A stretch of 64,000 nt of DNA from the human T2T-CHM13v2.0 reference genome, Homo sapiens, in the NCBI RefSeq assembly GCF_009914755.1, contig NC_060939.1, one strand, 5' to 3'. A program made the position numbers and the translations under genes. A model generated the notes under the pieces. That model saw only the letters and a program-made list of their open reading frames with translations. It was not told the origin of the DNA and did not search any database. Of the stretch, positions 38,043-50,735 are shown piece by piece. Numbering within the stretch: position 1 is the stretch's first letter; each line of letters starts with the position of its first letter.

Positions 38043-38213
38043 TTCCTGGAGCTCTTTAGGCTTAGAAGTCAAGGAGATAAGGAAGTTTCCGAGAAGCGTT
38101 TTCTGTAGGGGAAGCCAGCAAACTAGGAGAAAAGCAAAGTAAGAAGAGCACTCTGTGAAGTCAGCTGGTGCACTTCATCAGAGGAGGACTGAAACAGTTA
38201 GCAAAGAGGATGT

Positions 38214-38591
38214 TGATATGGTTTGGCTGTGTCCCCACCCAAATCTCATTTTGAATTGTAGTTTCTATAATCCCCACATGTCCTGGGAGGGACCTGATAG
38301 GAGATACTTGAATCACAGAGGCAGTTACCCCCATGCTGCTGTTCTCATGATAGTGAGTGAGTTTTCATGAGATCTGATGGTTTTATAAGGGTTTTTCCCC
38401 CCTTTGGCTAGGCACTTCTCCTTTGTCTGCCATGTAAGGAGGAATGTGTTTTCTTCCCTTTCCGCCATGATTGTAAGTTTCCTGAGGCCTCCCCAGTCAT
38501 GCTGAACTGTGAGTCACTTAAACCTCTTTCCTTTATAAATTACCCAGTCTTGAGTATGTCTTTGTTAGCAGCATGAGAATGGACTAACACA
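38214..38591 (+). mobile_element. THE1 (C/D-like) solo LTR, 378 bp
   Basis: tgatatggtttggctgtgtccccacccaaatctc start; perfect TSD GATGT at 38209-38213 and 38592-38596. Confidence 0.95.
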
Positions 38592-38783
38592 GATGTCATT
38601 GATGAGAACAGTCTTGGGAAATGGTGGGGACAAGCTGGATTAGAGCATAAGCAAGGGGATATGAAAAGAACAACATGGAGCTGGAGCCTCATGACAGGAG
38701 GCTGAGGAGGAGGGACACATATGGGAAGTTCAAGGAGAGGGGAATTCTGCTAAGACAATCAGAGAGTGAAAGAACCAGGCACA

Positions 38784-39105
<322 letters not shown>

Positions 39106-39154
39106 CTAGGTGCCAGTTGGTGTTAGAGAACATATAAAAAGTGACATTAGTTAT

Positions 39155-39312
39155 CAGCATATGATCCCAGCAATCCTGCTGCTAGGTATTTATCCAAAAG
39201 AAGGGAAATCAGTATGTCAAAGAAGTATCTTTGCACTCTGCAAAATCTTGTATAGATAGACAATGGAAGGTTAGTTGGCCAAAAAAGGGGAAATCCTATC
39301 ATTTGCCACAAG
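39155..39312 (+). mobile_element. short L1MA-like fragment
   Basis: catatgatcccagcaatcc..ctaggtatttatccaaaagaagggaaatcagtatgtcaaaga. Confidence 0.7.
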
Positions 39313-39488
39313 GATGGAGTTTTTTCTCCATCAGCAGAGATTTGTTTCAGACCAGATCCTGAGTAGAAGAGAGGGCTATGGCCAAGATACAAGTTGGGTC
39401 AGGTTATATGTAGGTGGGAGGCAAGGTAAAAAATAATTAGGATGAAGGACCACAGAATTGAAGTCAGGAGTGCACAATCATGGCAAAC

Positions 39489-40434
39489 AAGGCCAGCTTC
39501 ATGGGTATGTGACCTATGCAGTCACACAGGGCCCTGTATTCAGGAGGACCCCATGTTTGGTTTAATACTCTGCAGTTGCCACCTTGAAATCATTAATCAT
39601 TTTATCTTTGACTCTACGCTTTGGCAGGGATGTCAGAAGAGGCAATGGAACACATAGTAGGAACTTGGAGGCTTGATCCCTTGGCTCATGTACAGTTCAG
39701 CCTCCTGCCACCTCCCTGCCTTCAAGGGATGGGTTCTCAGCGGCCCACTTTCCAACTCCATGGCCTCCCAAGACCCACCAGGGCCCCCTCTTCTCACTCT
39801 ACCTAGCCACCACTACTGCCCCAGCTCCCTGGTGCTCTAGGTGCCAGCCAGACAGTTCCTGCATGCTCCCTTACCAGTTACCAGAACCACTGTCCATCCC
39901 TGGCAGAGGCCTGGACCCAGGCTCCAGAGTTGCGCATATGTGACCTGACACATTTTGGGGCAGTGCACTTTAACTCTGTGCTGGCAGTGCCACAGTGCAT
40001 TTGATGAGCACTTTGCCTCTTGCTCACCCCAATCCACGTGTTGAGTGTATCTTGTTGAAGTGGTTGCCATCTCTTGGGGAACACCCATCGTCTGTGGTTC
40101 AGGGTAGTGGGCCTGTTGGGAGGAGAGTTTCATCTCCATGTCCCAGGCTGGGGCACAGCATGTTGCTCAGGCAGCTGGTGGGCCTCAGCACACAGTCACA
40201 GGGCATGGTGTCCAGGTGCCTATGAGACTCTGCATTCACCTGAGTCTGAGGGAATGCCACATTAAATCACAATTAAAATAACACCATCACTCATTGTGAG
40301 AAAGACCATAGAAGAAAGGAAAATATTTAATGTTTGAATCTTTAACTGCATTGTTTTGCGTTTTCCTTGCTTTTTGTACTAGGGAGCCCATATTTACAAT
40401 ATGCATTAGGCCCCAGAAATGTTGGCAATGCCCC
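39489..40434. mobile_element. hAT-Tip100 element (Zaphod/MER91-related), both ends present, internally deleted
   Basis: Left ggccagcttcatggg..gtgacct.tgcagtcacacagggccc; right gggagccca.attt..tgcattaggcccc.gaaat. Confidence 0.78.
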
Positions 40435-40987
40435 ATTGACAAGATCGATGCATTGAACGTGTTAAGAGGGTTGAAGGATCATTGAAAGCAATGTGCTAGA
40501 GAAAATGAGGAGGGTGACAGGAGATGGTGGTCAGAGAACATGGAGGAGGAGGCTGCAGATGACATCACTGGAGTTATGACCATAAGAATGAGTGGTTGAA
40601 ATATGAAAAAGAAAAAGACCATTGTCAAAAAGTCAAGGCACCAAGAAATTGACTATTAAAAACAATCAATGATGTGAATATTGAGGAACTATGATATAAG
40701 TAGGATTAATAGGGGTAAATTTTCAAGAAATATGGGGAACCCTGGGAGTTACAGGGAGTTGTTACAATTAAAATGCCCATTTTTTCATTACATTTTCATT
40801 CAACATTTGGAGTTAATAAATTGTTTTACAGCTATTCATTCAGATCTTAAGTTCTTCTCATTTTTTCTGGGACAAGAATAAAATATTAAGATAATAAGAT
40901 AGAACTACTTGTTTTTCTTTTTAGAAGACATTATTAAGAAAATGAAAAGACAAACCACAGGCTGTGGGGAAGTATTTGCAAGATATG

Positions 40988-41370
40988 TGTATTAGTCCAT
41001 TCTTGCATTGCTATAAAGAACTACCTGAGACTGGGTAATTTATAAAGAAAAAAGGTTTAACTGGCTCGCAGTACAACAGGCTATAGAGGAAACATGGCTA
41101 GAGAGGCCTCAAGAAACTCAAAACACCATGGCGGAAGACAAAGGGGAAGCAGGACGTACATGGCTGGAGCAGGAGGAAGAGCACAAAGCGGAAATGTTGC
41201 ACACTTTTAAACAACCAGATCTCATGAGAACTCACTCACTATCACAAGAGCAGCAAGGGTGAAAATCTGCATCCATGATCCAGTCACCTCACACCAGGCC
41301 TCTCCTCCAACACTGGGGAATATAATTCAACATGAGATTTGGGAGGGGGACACAAATTCAAAATATATCA
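40988..41370 (-). mobile_element. MSTA-like solo LTR
   Basis: tgtattagtccattcttgcattgctataaagaactacctgagactgggtaatttataaag; TSD atatg/acatg. Confidence 0.92.
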
Positions 41371-41678
41371 ACATGTTATCTACAAAGGTCTTGTATCCAG
41401 ACTACATAAAGAAATGTACAAAGAACCTTTGCTACTCAATAAAAGGGCCAACAATCCAATAAAAATACAACAAATGAATAAGCACATTGGAAGGTGTTCA
41501 TGAAAACTAAAACCAAATGAGATATCACAATAAATCTACTAAAATGATGAAACTAAAGAATATGGACAATACAAAATGCTGATGAAGATGTGGAGCAACC
41601 TGAACCCCTTACAATGCTGATGAGAATGCAAAATAGTAGAAAATTGTTGGTTGGTTTCTTATAAAATTAAACACTCAT

Positions 41679-42412
41679 TGCCCAAGGCCTTGGGAGATCA
41701 CCTCTGGCACTAGTGTGCCCTAGATGTGGGACGTGGAGTCAAAGGAGATTATTTTGGGACTTTAAGATTTAGTGACTGCCCTGCTGGGTTTCAGACTCAA
41801 CTGGGGGCTGTATCCCCTTTCTTTTTGCTCATTTCTCCCTTTGAGAATATGAATGTGATATGGTTTGGCTGTGTCCCCACCCAACTCTCATCTTGAATCA
41901 TAACGGTGAAGCCAGGTAAAGATAACTGAATCATGGGGTGGTTTCCCCTTATTGTTGTCATGGTAGTGAATAAGTCTCAGGAGATCTGATGGTTTTAGAA
42001 ATGAGAGCTCCCCACACAAGCTCTCTTGCCTGCTGCCATGTAAGATGTGACTTTCCTCCTCATTCACCTTCCTCCATACACAGTTGTGAGGCCTCCTCAG
42101 TCATGTGGAACTGTGAGGCAATTAAACCTGTTTCCTTTATAACTTACCCAGTCTCAGGTATGTGTTTATTAGCAGAGTTAAAACAGGATAGTACAGAATG
42201 TTTACCCAATGCCTGTATCTTGGAAGTAAATAATGTGTTTTGATTTTGCAGGCTTGTAGGTGGAAGAGACTTGCTTTGTCTCAGATGAGACTATGGACTT
42301 TGGGCTTTTGAGTGATGCTGAAACAAGCTGAGACTTTTTGGGGGCTAGTGGCAGAAGATGGTTGCATTTCGCCATGTAAGAAGGATATGAGATTTGGGGG
42401 CCAGGGACAGAA
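41679..42412 (+). mobile_element. MST internal 3' segment (split by THE1)
   Basis: tgcccaaggccttgggag..ggagtcaaaggagattattttgg..ttgtctcagatgagact..; PPT-like gggggccagggacagaa before the LTR. Confidence 0.85.
41856..42195 (+). mobile_element. THE1 (B-like) solo LTR nested in MST-int
   Basis: tgatatggtttggctgtgtcccc start; perfect TSD GAATG at 41851-41855 and 42196-42200. Confidence 0.92.
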
Positions 42413-42829
42413 CAATATGATTTGGATCTCTGACCCCATAAAATCTCATGTTGAATTGTGGTCCCCAGTGTTGAAGGTGGGACCCTGTAGGAGGTGACTG
42501 GATCACAGGGACAGATTTCTCATGAATGGATAATGCCATCCCCTTGGTACTGTCTTCACTATAGTGACTTCTTGTGAGATCTGGTTACTTAAAAGTATGC
42601 GGCACCTCCCCACTCTTTCTTTTGCTCTTGCTCTCACCATATGACATCTCTATATCTGCTTTGCCTTTCACCATGAGTAAAAGCTCCCTGAAGCCTACCC
42701 AGAAGCTAAGTAGATGCCAGTACTATGCTTGTACATCCTATACAACTGTGAGCCAATTAAATCTCTTTTCTTTCTAAATTACCCAGTCTTAAGTATTCCT
42801 TTATAGCAATGCAAGAACAAGCTAATACA
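42413..42829 (+). mobile_element. MSTB-like 3' LTR
   Basis: aaatctcatgttgaattgt..tccccagtgttg; ccatgagtaaaagctccctga; ends gcaagaac..gctaataca. Confidence 0.9.
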
Positions 42830-43136
42830 CTCACTTCCATGACCCCTATATCCCACTCTTAGATATTACCTAGTGAAGGCATGTGTACACACAAAGATCT
42901 ATATGCAAATGATTATTAATAATAACCCCAAACTGGAGACAATGGAGTTTCCCAAACACGAATCCAATGAATAAAAATAAAAATGGTGGTCTACCCATAA
43001 AATGGAATACTACGTAGCAATAAAAGAACAAGCTTCGGCTATATGCATCAAAATAGGTAATTCTCAAAAGTATTCGTAATATGCTATATGACAAAAGCCA
43101 GAAAGAAATGGCTACATATTGTATCATTTTATTATA

Positions 43137-43539
43137 TGATGTATGGGTTAAATTGTATTCCCTAAAACTTATGAGTTGAAGTCCTAACCCCCAGTCCCTT
43201 AGAATGTGACCTTACTTGGAGATAGTCTTTTACAAAAGTATTTAAGTTAAAATCAGAAAGTTATTAAGATGGGCCCTAATCTAATATGATGGGTGTCCTT
43301 ATTGAAAGGGGAAATCTGGGGACAGACACAATGTCAAGACATGCTGAGAGAAAAGCCACCTACAAGCAAAAGAGAGAGGTGTAGAACAGATTCTTCCCTC
43401 CAGGACCTCAGAAGATACTAATTTATCTGACACCTTGTTCTCAGACTTCTGGCCTCTGGAATTGTGAGACAATACATTTCTTTTGTTTAAGCCACCCAGC
43501 TTGTGCTATTGTGTTATGGCAACCCTAACAGACTAATAC
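43137..43539 (+). mobile_element. MLT1B/C-like LTR
   Basis: gttgaagtcctaaccccca..gaatgtgacctta.ttggagatag; gggccctaatc.aatatga; ends gactaatac. Confidence 0.85.
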
Positions 43540-43894
43540 CGGTTGACTTCTGAATAGAGCAAAACTATAGTAAGTGAATCAGTAAGTGTTTTCCAGGGAT
43601 AATGGAGAGGAAGAGGTTTACTGCAAAGGGGCATGAGAAACTTTTCTCGATAATGCTGATTGATAGTGGTGGTGGTTATATGATTATACATAGTTATAAA
43701 AGCTCATCAGACTTTTATATCCTACAAGGATGAATTTTACTCTATGTAAATGACATCACAATAAGCCCAACTTCAGCAGAATTTGCAAACTTTTTCCTAG
43801 ATGCTCTGCTGCAGGCCTTTGTGGAGTTCCTCACAGTCATTGGTAGGGATGTATTACTGAAGAAGAGAGCAGGGAAAACTGTTTTGCACACAGC

Positions 43895-44010
43895 ATGGGA
43901 GAGAGAAAAGGACAGAGAGAAAAGAAAGAGGTAGGAAAGAGGAGAGATGAGATGCAGGGAGGCTGAGAGCTGGAGGAAGGTGGAATTTCTGAAGAGACAG
44001 AGAGATTTGG
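43895..44010. repeat. GA-rich low-complexity tract
   Basis: Purine-biased run. Confidence 0.7.
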
Positions 44011-45771
44011 GCAGAGTCACATAGAGTATAACTTTGGGGAGAGATATGGGTAAAGAGAATTTTTAGGAAGTATTATTGTGTGCAGTTGATTGAGTCCTTT
44101 TGTTGCCACTCTGCCCTCAAGGAAACCTTCAGTAAACGTCTTACATTACCTATAAAGGTTTTTGAAGTCAGACATATTGTTTATTTGGTTCTTATCACTC
44201 TGCTGAGAAGAGCCTTAAAAATGTGGAAGTCCCTGTTTTGCCCAGGTTTCATATTTATTTATTTATATACATGCCTACTTCCCCCAGAGAAAAGGATGGG
44301 AGCTGGTGAATTTTAATAACATTTGCTCTCCCTGGCCCCTGCTGTTTACACTGAGCATAATTTCAGGTGCAACTTGATGGCTGATCATTGAATTTAATCT
44401 GAAGTGTACCTACTTTTCCATGTTGTATACTGATGGCCTTGGTTGAAAGAAGAAAGCAAATGGAATACATTAATCTCAATAAAACAAGTATGGAATTACA
44501 TCGGAATAAACTATGTGTATTTGCACATAACCTTGCATACCTACATATCAAATTTTTTACAAGTATGCATTTTATGAGGAAACACCTAGACATTCCTTCT
44601 ATTAAATAGACCTGAAATTGAATTCTCTGATTTTTCCTGTGCGTCAGAGTAGGAGAAATTAGGTCTTTGATTCTGTACTATGATTAAGGCAGTTTCCTGA
44701 GTGTTCAAGGGTGAGTTTGACATTGCAGCCAATATTTTGGGGGCTGGATGTTTCAATAGATCAAGGTCCTATTTTGTTTTCTATTTGTGGGCATAATCAG
44801 AGGCTAAAAATATTGCTATCTGCTCAAATACCGTATAGTAGAGAGAAATATGCATATCACATTTTATAAAGAGAGTCTATGAGAGAATTAAATGAAGAAT
44901 CACATGATCAAAGGACTAATGATTCATCCCAGAGCATATAATGCCCGACTATTTTAACCCACGAACATTTGGATGTTTTTCATGTGCAAGAACATTATGG
45001 CATGTAAAAAAGAATCCTTACAAATGACTGTTTCTTTGGGAGTTGCCTCTGAGTGGAGACAAGCACAGATGTCTTTATTAGGCTCTAGTCTAAGTAGCTT
45101 CCCTTGAGGGGACCCTGGCGGGTAAGCGTTAGCAGGCTGATGCCTAATCTGTGAGAATCTCCGTGCTCATTATGGTGCTCATTAGTGGTGGGTGACCTCA
45201 CAAGGAGGCACATGGTATTGCTATTTCTGTGATTCTTAGGTCCTGTGTATACTCTAGGGGTAGGCATGTGAGATTCCAGATTCAGATTCTCAAAATGAAC
45301 CATTGTTCACACTCAGATCAGAAGCACGTTTCACCTAAACATCTCTCTTCAACATGCAGTTTCCATATCATGAGAACAATGATAAGGTGTTCACATATAT
45401 GGCATTTTAATCTGCAGTCCAGAGCATCAGCTTCTTCTGGCTTTCAGTTAACTGCTGGGTAAAACAACTGTTCCAAGAGTACAGAACTTTTCAAGTTGGG
45501 AATTTTATTCATTGGTTTATTTTGGGGAAAATAAAGAAGGTATGACATTTTTTACTACTGCAATTTTCCTTGTAAAAAGTGCTTGTCTGCTTTTATCTCT
45601 GGCTCTTTCAGGTATAATTTCTCCCATAATTTAGGTCATATGAAGGGAAATCCAAGAGCATTGATCTGGACTGTAGTGAAAATTTTGAATAAGTTCTATA
45701 TAAAGTGGTGGAAATGCTTTTCTTTGCTCTAAGCAGTTTGATTTGTGTGAGGATAACCTGATGGTGGGGAG

Positions 45772-45852
45772 TCTATGTCTATGTCTATGTGTATGTATAG
45801 GTATTTGCATATGTATATGTATTTGTATATGTATATGTATGTGTGTATTTGT
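45772..45852. repeat. degenerate (TATGTA/TATGTC)n hexamer repeat
   Basis: Direct inspection; produces the ICICIC and HIHIHI ORF artefacts. Confidence 0.85.
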
Positions 45853-47559
45853 ACATGCTTGCATTTTTGCAATAGCCCTTGAATCTTGCCTTAAGCGCCA
45901 TTTTATCAATTTCCCAACAAAAAGCAAATGCTATACAATTAAATATGTATTACTTTTATGAAATTTCATCCTGAATGAAACAATGGTACACTTACCATTA
46001 AAGTACACCCTTTATGTAACCACTTAAAACAAGATTAGAATCATGAACCGGAGTTCAAGATTATCTCTGCTGTGTTGGTAACGAGCACAGAGAAAAGGAA
46101 CACAAAAATGTTGGCCTTTCTTCTAGTCTATGGCTATATTGCCATTTCCCCTATATTCATTTGGGAAATTAAAAAAAGAAACTCATTTAACAACCTTTCT
46201 TTTAAAAGAGAATTCATTACAAACTCAGTGACTTTGCATATTTTCACTGATTTTATGTCTACCTACAAAGAGAAGTACTTTTTGTGATTCACTTCGGGGA
46301 AAAAAAATAGCCTTGACCCTCACTTTGAGTCACTTGCTTAATAGAAACTGGCTCAGGAACACTATAAATGTGGTTAAACCACAAGTTAATTAAGTTTGAC
46401 ACTGTTGCTGGGAGTTGGTGAGGGTGAAAAAAGAATTATAAAGTTAGTACTTTGACACCAGGGAGATTTCTTTTTGTCAAAAAAAAAAAATACAAAAGTT
46501 ATAACCTTACATTAGGGAATTAATTTACATAGAACCAAAGGAAGTTTGTTTAAAATCTTAATAGTTCTTCACATTTCTCTGATCTTTGGCACACATTCTC
46601 TTTGCAATCCCTTCCCTGGCTTTTTTTTACATCAAGAACACCTTTTCTTAAATGTACATATGTGTGCGTGCACACACACACACACACGCCTGCACACAGC
46701 AATGAACCAAAAGAAGAGGGTCCAAACCTTACCTGCCATATGCCACTGCATGTTCTCAGAATTGGAAAACAGCATATATCATGCAGTAAGTTAAATAAAA
46801 GAATGTTATTTTAAGCTAACCAACCAAGGAAAGCTACCAAATGCATGAGAAGAGTTTTTGGAATTTTCAGATAAGATTAGTGGATCCCATTCCAGCACAA
46901 GAGATTAAATTGGTATGTTTAAGACATGAGTTTGTGGCATGAAGATAAATGATCTTTTAAAAAGTATCTTTCCCTGTTATATGAGATGTATAATATGCCT
47001 CAATAAAGTCATATCCATGTATACAAATGATTTTCTCTTTGTGCTAGTGGTAGGTTGGAATACACCCTCCATAGCAGGGAGGGAAGGACTTCGCCATTTT
47101 TGGGACCCTCTCCCACACACACAGGCATGTGAGAGTTTACAAAGGGAATGTGAGGCTCTCAGTTGCTCCACGGCGGATGCTTAGGGGCTCTTTCCACTAC
47201 TTGTATGCTTCATTCACCGTAGGAATCACTTTCTTACAATCCTTCCTTCATTCACTTTAGAAATCACTGTAGGGTTCACTTCCTATGATAGAGGAGAGGT
47301 ACCTCTGTCTATCAAATTCCTGACACATGTCTCAGCAAGATGTAGGGATTTTGAAACCAGGGTTTGAACATCAATAAAGGGAATTGGTGGGGAAAAAAAA
47401 AACAAAACAAAAAACTGGTCTAAGAAATAAACTAGCAGGTTACTAAAGTGTTAGTGGACGGATGAGGAGTACAGAAAAATAATAATGATAACAAACAGAC
47501 CCTGTGATAGTTAGGGTCTGGTAGTCACTATCAAGCCCACCTCAATTAGCAGAGATCTA

Positions 47560-47855
47560 CATTTTCTTCCCCATATACAATTTCAAAATCTAGAAAGCTC
47601 CAAAACCAATAGTTTTGTTTCCCCATAATTTATTTGGTGACAAACCTTGACCTGCACTATCATAAGGCTACTCACAGTCTGTATTTATCCTACTTACTGT
47701 GACTATTCATGTATTTTAGTTAGAAATATTGTGCTAGATAATGGTGGGGAAGTAGGGGCTCCCTCAGACCACACTGGATCTATCAGGTGCTGCACCTTTC
47801 TAGAATCCGAAAATACATCTGGCTCTGGGAGTTCCAGGTGAAGGATTATGGGTAT
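47560..47855. mobile_element. MER46C-like Tigger MITE
   Basis: aatttatttggtg.caaa; gaaaatacatctggc.c..gag.t.c.g.t.aaggattatgg terminal motif. Confidence 0.65.
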
Positions 47856-48483
47856 GCATTTCAACAATCTTTTTATTCTTTGATTTAACCTGTTTATATC
47901 TTGGCATGCTTTTCTGTCTCATACTGAGTCTTCTCTCCAGTGATGAATGCTAGGTTGAGTACTTTCATGACCCATGTTGACACTCACATGCAGGATTCTT
48001 AATCTCTCAGTCATCATTTTGAGTTCAGTCTTCACAGATCTTTGTACAGAGCTTGGTGGTCTTTTCTACTTCTGTTGGCCTCTGAATAATGGCTGGTGAG
48101 GAAGTTCAGCCTTCACTTTGGGTGTTGCAGAGATAAGAGCCTCATTTTTCTGAAGACGGCTTGTCCTCTCCTTGCTATTCTTACATGAAGAGAAGGATTG
48201 AAGGGACATGTAGATAACTCTGTCTTTTGGTTGCAAGTACTACTCCCCCAAAGCCCTTTATATCGTTCAAACATTTTTTACACAATTCTTTCCTAGATTA
48301 TCATAGCAAAAGTAGTCTTAGATCCATTGATCATGGATTTTATGTTTTATCTGCTTGATATGCATGTATAAATGAATCACGTTTTCATTTATGCTGATAT
48401 TCTCCAAAACCTTGTGGGTGTTACTAAATCCATTTATAGATTTGGTAAAAGACACTCATAAATGCTGAGAAATGTATTTAAGT

Positions 48484-48650
48484 CTCTGTTGCTCAAAGTG
48501 TGGTCTAGATACCACTGGCATCACCACCACCCAGGCACTTGGTAGAAATGCAGAATTTCAGACCTTGCTCCAGACCTACTGAATTGCAATCTGCATTTTA
48601 ATGATATTCTGCATGAGTCATATATGCACAACACAGTTTGAGAAGCTATT
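48484..48650. mobile_element. MER5A-type MITE
   Basis: ctcaaagtgtggtc..agaaatgcagaat.tcag..ccagacctactgaat..aatctgcatttta..agtttgagaagc. Confidence 0.88.
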
Positions 48651-48987
48651 TAGTAAGAACTCCAGTGATCTGTCTTCTCTACCATAGATGTTATTGAAAA
48701 AGCAAAGGTATGAGATATATGTGGGGACTTAAGAATCCACTCCTCAAACTAGGAAACCACTTGCTAAATTGAAATTTCAACAAAAATCATAAAAGTAAAT
48801 AAGGCTTATGAAGACACATAGGGTAAAGATTTATTCTAAACACACGATTTATTTTCAATACTTCGAATTGTTTCAATGAGCCTTAGTACGCAGCCTAAAA
48901 TAACAACTAATGCTGCAGAGTTAATAAATGACTGGATAAGAAGAGGATGGTTCATAAAGATGAGGCAAATATATGGTGTGAATACAT

Positions 48988-48998
48988 GGGGACTTTCC
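48988..48998 (+). promoter_or_regulatory. canonical NF-kB motif GGGGACTTTCC
   Basis: Exact match to the classical kB site; function unproven. Confidence 0.35.
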
Positions 48999-49004
48999 GA
49001 GTGC

Positions 49005-49070
49005 AGCTGGTGGCTCACTGGGTTGGCGCCTGGCTAATAAGGCTAAAGGTCAGGCCCCCTTCCAGTTGCT
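49005..49070 (+). mobile_element. tRNA-Ile-like SINE head relic (MamSINE1-like)
   Basis: agctggtggctcactgggttggcgcctggctaataaggctaaaggtc aligns by eye to tRNA-Ile(AAT) 5' two-thirds; no T-arm/B-box. Confidence 0.45.
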
Positions 49071-49454
49071 ATGTGCATGATGAAAGCACAGAATAAGGGG
49101 CTTGATCCTTGAAAATTCCTCTTTCTTCAGACCATCTAAGTCCGGGGGTGGGGGGTGCTTAAACCCATTGTAATCCTAAAGACTTCAGTTTTCAATCAGA
49201 AGATAAATTTTTTTTTTCCCCAATCTCTAAGGCCCAAGGCAGCACAGGTGCAAAAGTACTGCCTTCAACTACCTCAGTTCCAGAGAGCTCTGGTCTTCAC
49301 TGTGCATTGCAGAAGCTACCTCTGGCTTTTTGGATTTCTCTTTCACTTGCACATGTGTGCATCTCTTACTCCCACATCCAGTCGAGCAATCTGTCAGCCT
49401 GAGAGACCCAGAAACTCTCGTCAGATGGTTGAATCACTGACTCTCACCCTATTT

Positions 49455-49610
49455 ACATCCACTCTGCAACTGGGTAGATGTTATTACTCTGCTGAGCCTT
49501 GGTGCCCCTGCCACTGCCAACAGTTACACAGGAGAAAATGGGGGCTCAGAAAGTGTGCGTAAAGTCACATCAACTGCAAGTGGCCGAGCTGGACTCTAAG
49601 CCCAGTTCCA
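49455..49610 (-). mobile_element. MIR fragment
   Basis: ttacacaggagaaaatgggggctcaga..aagtcaca..aagtggccgagctgg. Confidence 0.65.
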
Positions 49611-50399
49611 TTTTACAACTTTGTTTGAAATGATCATTTCAGATCACAAACATTGACTGGAACCAATCTCCAATCATGAAATCCTTTCTACTACAAAATA
49701 ATTTTGTAATAAGAAGTTGTTTGAATGAAGGATTCTATGATGTATTTGATACATATTGAAAACACTTTCAGTTCAAAGACATTATGTCCTGGGGTAGAAA
49801 ACCGGTGTCAGAAAGACTGTATTTAAACCATAGGTACAGTCTTTCCATTGTTGAATATTATTATTATTATTACTAATTTTTAAAATGGTAATAAAAATGG
49901 CAGGTCTTTCCAGCTGCCATGGACTTTACTTCTCTTTATTGTTTTATACTTTCCCTGATTCATAAATGCATGTCATCTGATTGGTTCCACCCAGGTATTT
50001 AAATTTATAACTGCTGAATTCTATTTTACTAGCCAAAAGACCGTATTGTTTATCAAATATGTTCATTCTTAGAACCTCATGTACAGTATTTTCTGAAATA
50101 AAACAAAAAGAACAAGATGATTCCCCAAAATATATTATTTTATTTTTTCGCTTAGTCTTCCTCAACGTTTATCCATATTTCAATGTAATCATGTAACCTA
50201 TATATGACTTAAGAGGTATGTGATTGGCTGACATCTTTTAGTCTTCGTGTATGTTTATAGCTTTTAATGGTAATCAACAATGGCAAGCTATAAGAAAAGC
50301 TAACCTATAAAAAGCATCATTCACATCTTTTTGTTGCCTCCTCCTCCCTCGAGATGAAGTAGTGTGCTTTGTCTCAGCTCAGTTGTGTGGGGTATTTGT

Positions 50400-50735
50400 T
50401 CTACATGAGTCAGGATGAACAGGTTGTGCTGCAATAACAAAGAGTCCTAGAATCTCAATGGTTTGAAACAACTGTCTATTCCTTGCTCAAGCTCCTTGTG
50501 GTGTGACACAGAAGCTGTCAAGTGACCCAGGTTGACTGACCACTGCCAGTTTAAACATGGTCAGTCATTACACCAGAGGGCACAGAGCTCCTGGGGGTCT
50601 TGCCCTGGCAGTGATGTGCTTGATCCAGAAGTGATACACATCACTCTGGTCAGAGTTCATTGGCCAGAGCTTTTCACATGACCCCACCTACACATGGAGG
50701 GGACAAGAGTTTTCCTCCTCCATGTGCCTGGGATT
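50400..50735 (-). mobile_element. old MLT1 (J/K/L-like) LTR
   Basis: tgtgctgcaataacaaa..ccagaagtgatacacatcact..ttcattggccaga..acatgaccccacc. Confidence 0.7.

Larger units (their letters stand above)
40915..43780 (+). mobile_element. old L1M(D/E) 3' region, host of four LTR insertions
   Basis: aagaaaatgaaaagaca..; gatgtggagcaac.tgaac; aatggaatactac; 3'UTR aaaggggcatgag..aactttt..tgat.gtggtggtggtta. Confidence 0.75.

Noticed and set aside
49005-49075. Functional tRNA gene
   Set aside because: No T-arm GTTCGA, no acceptor-stem pairing and no terminator.
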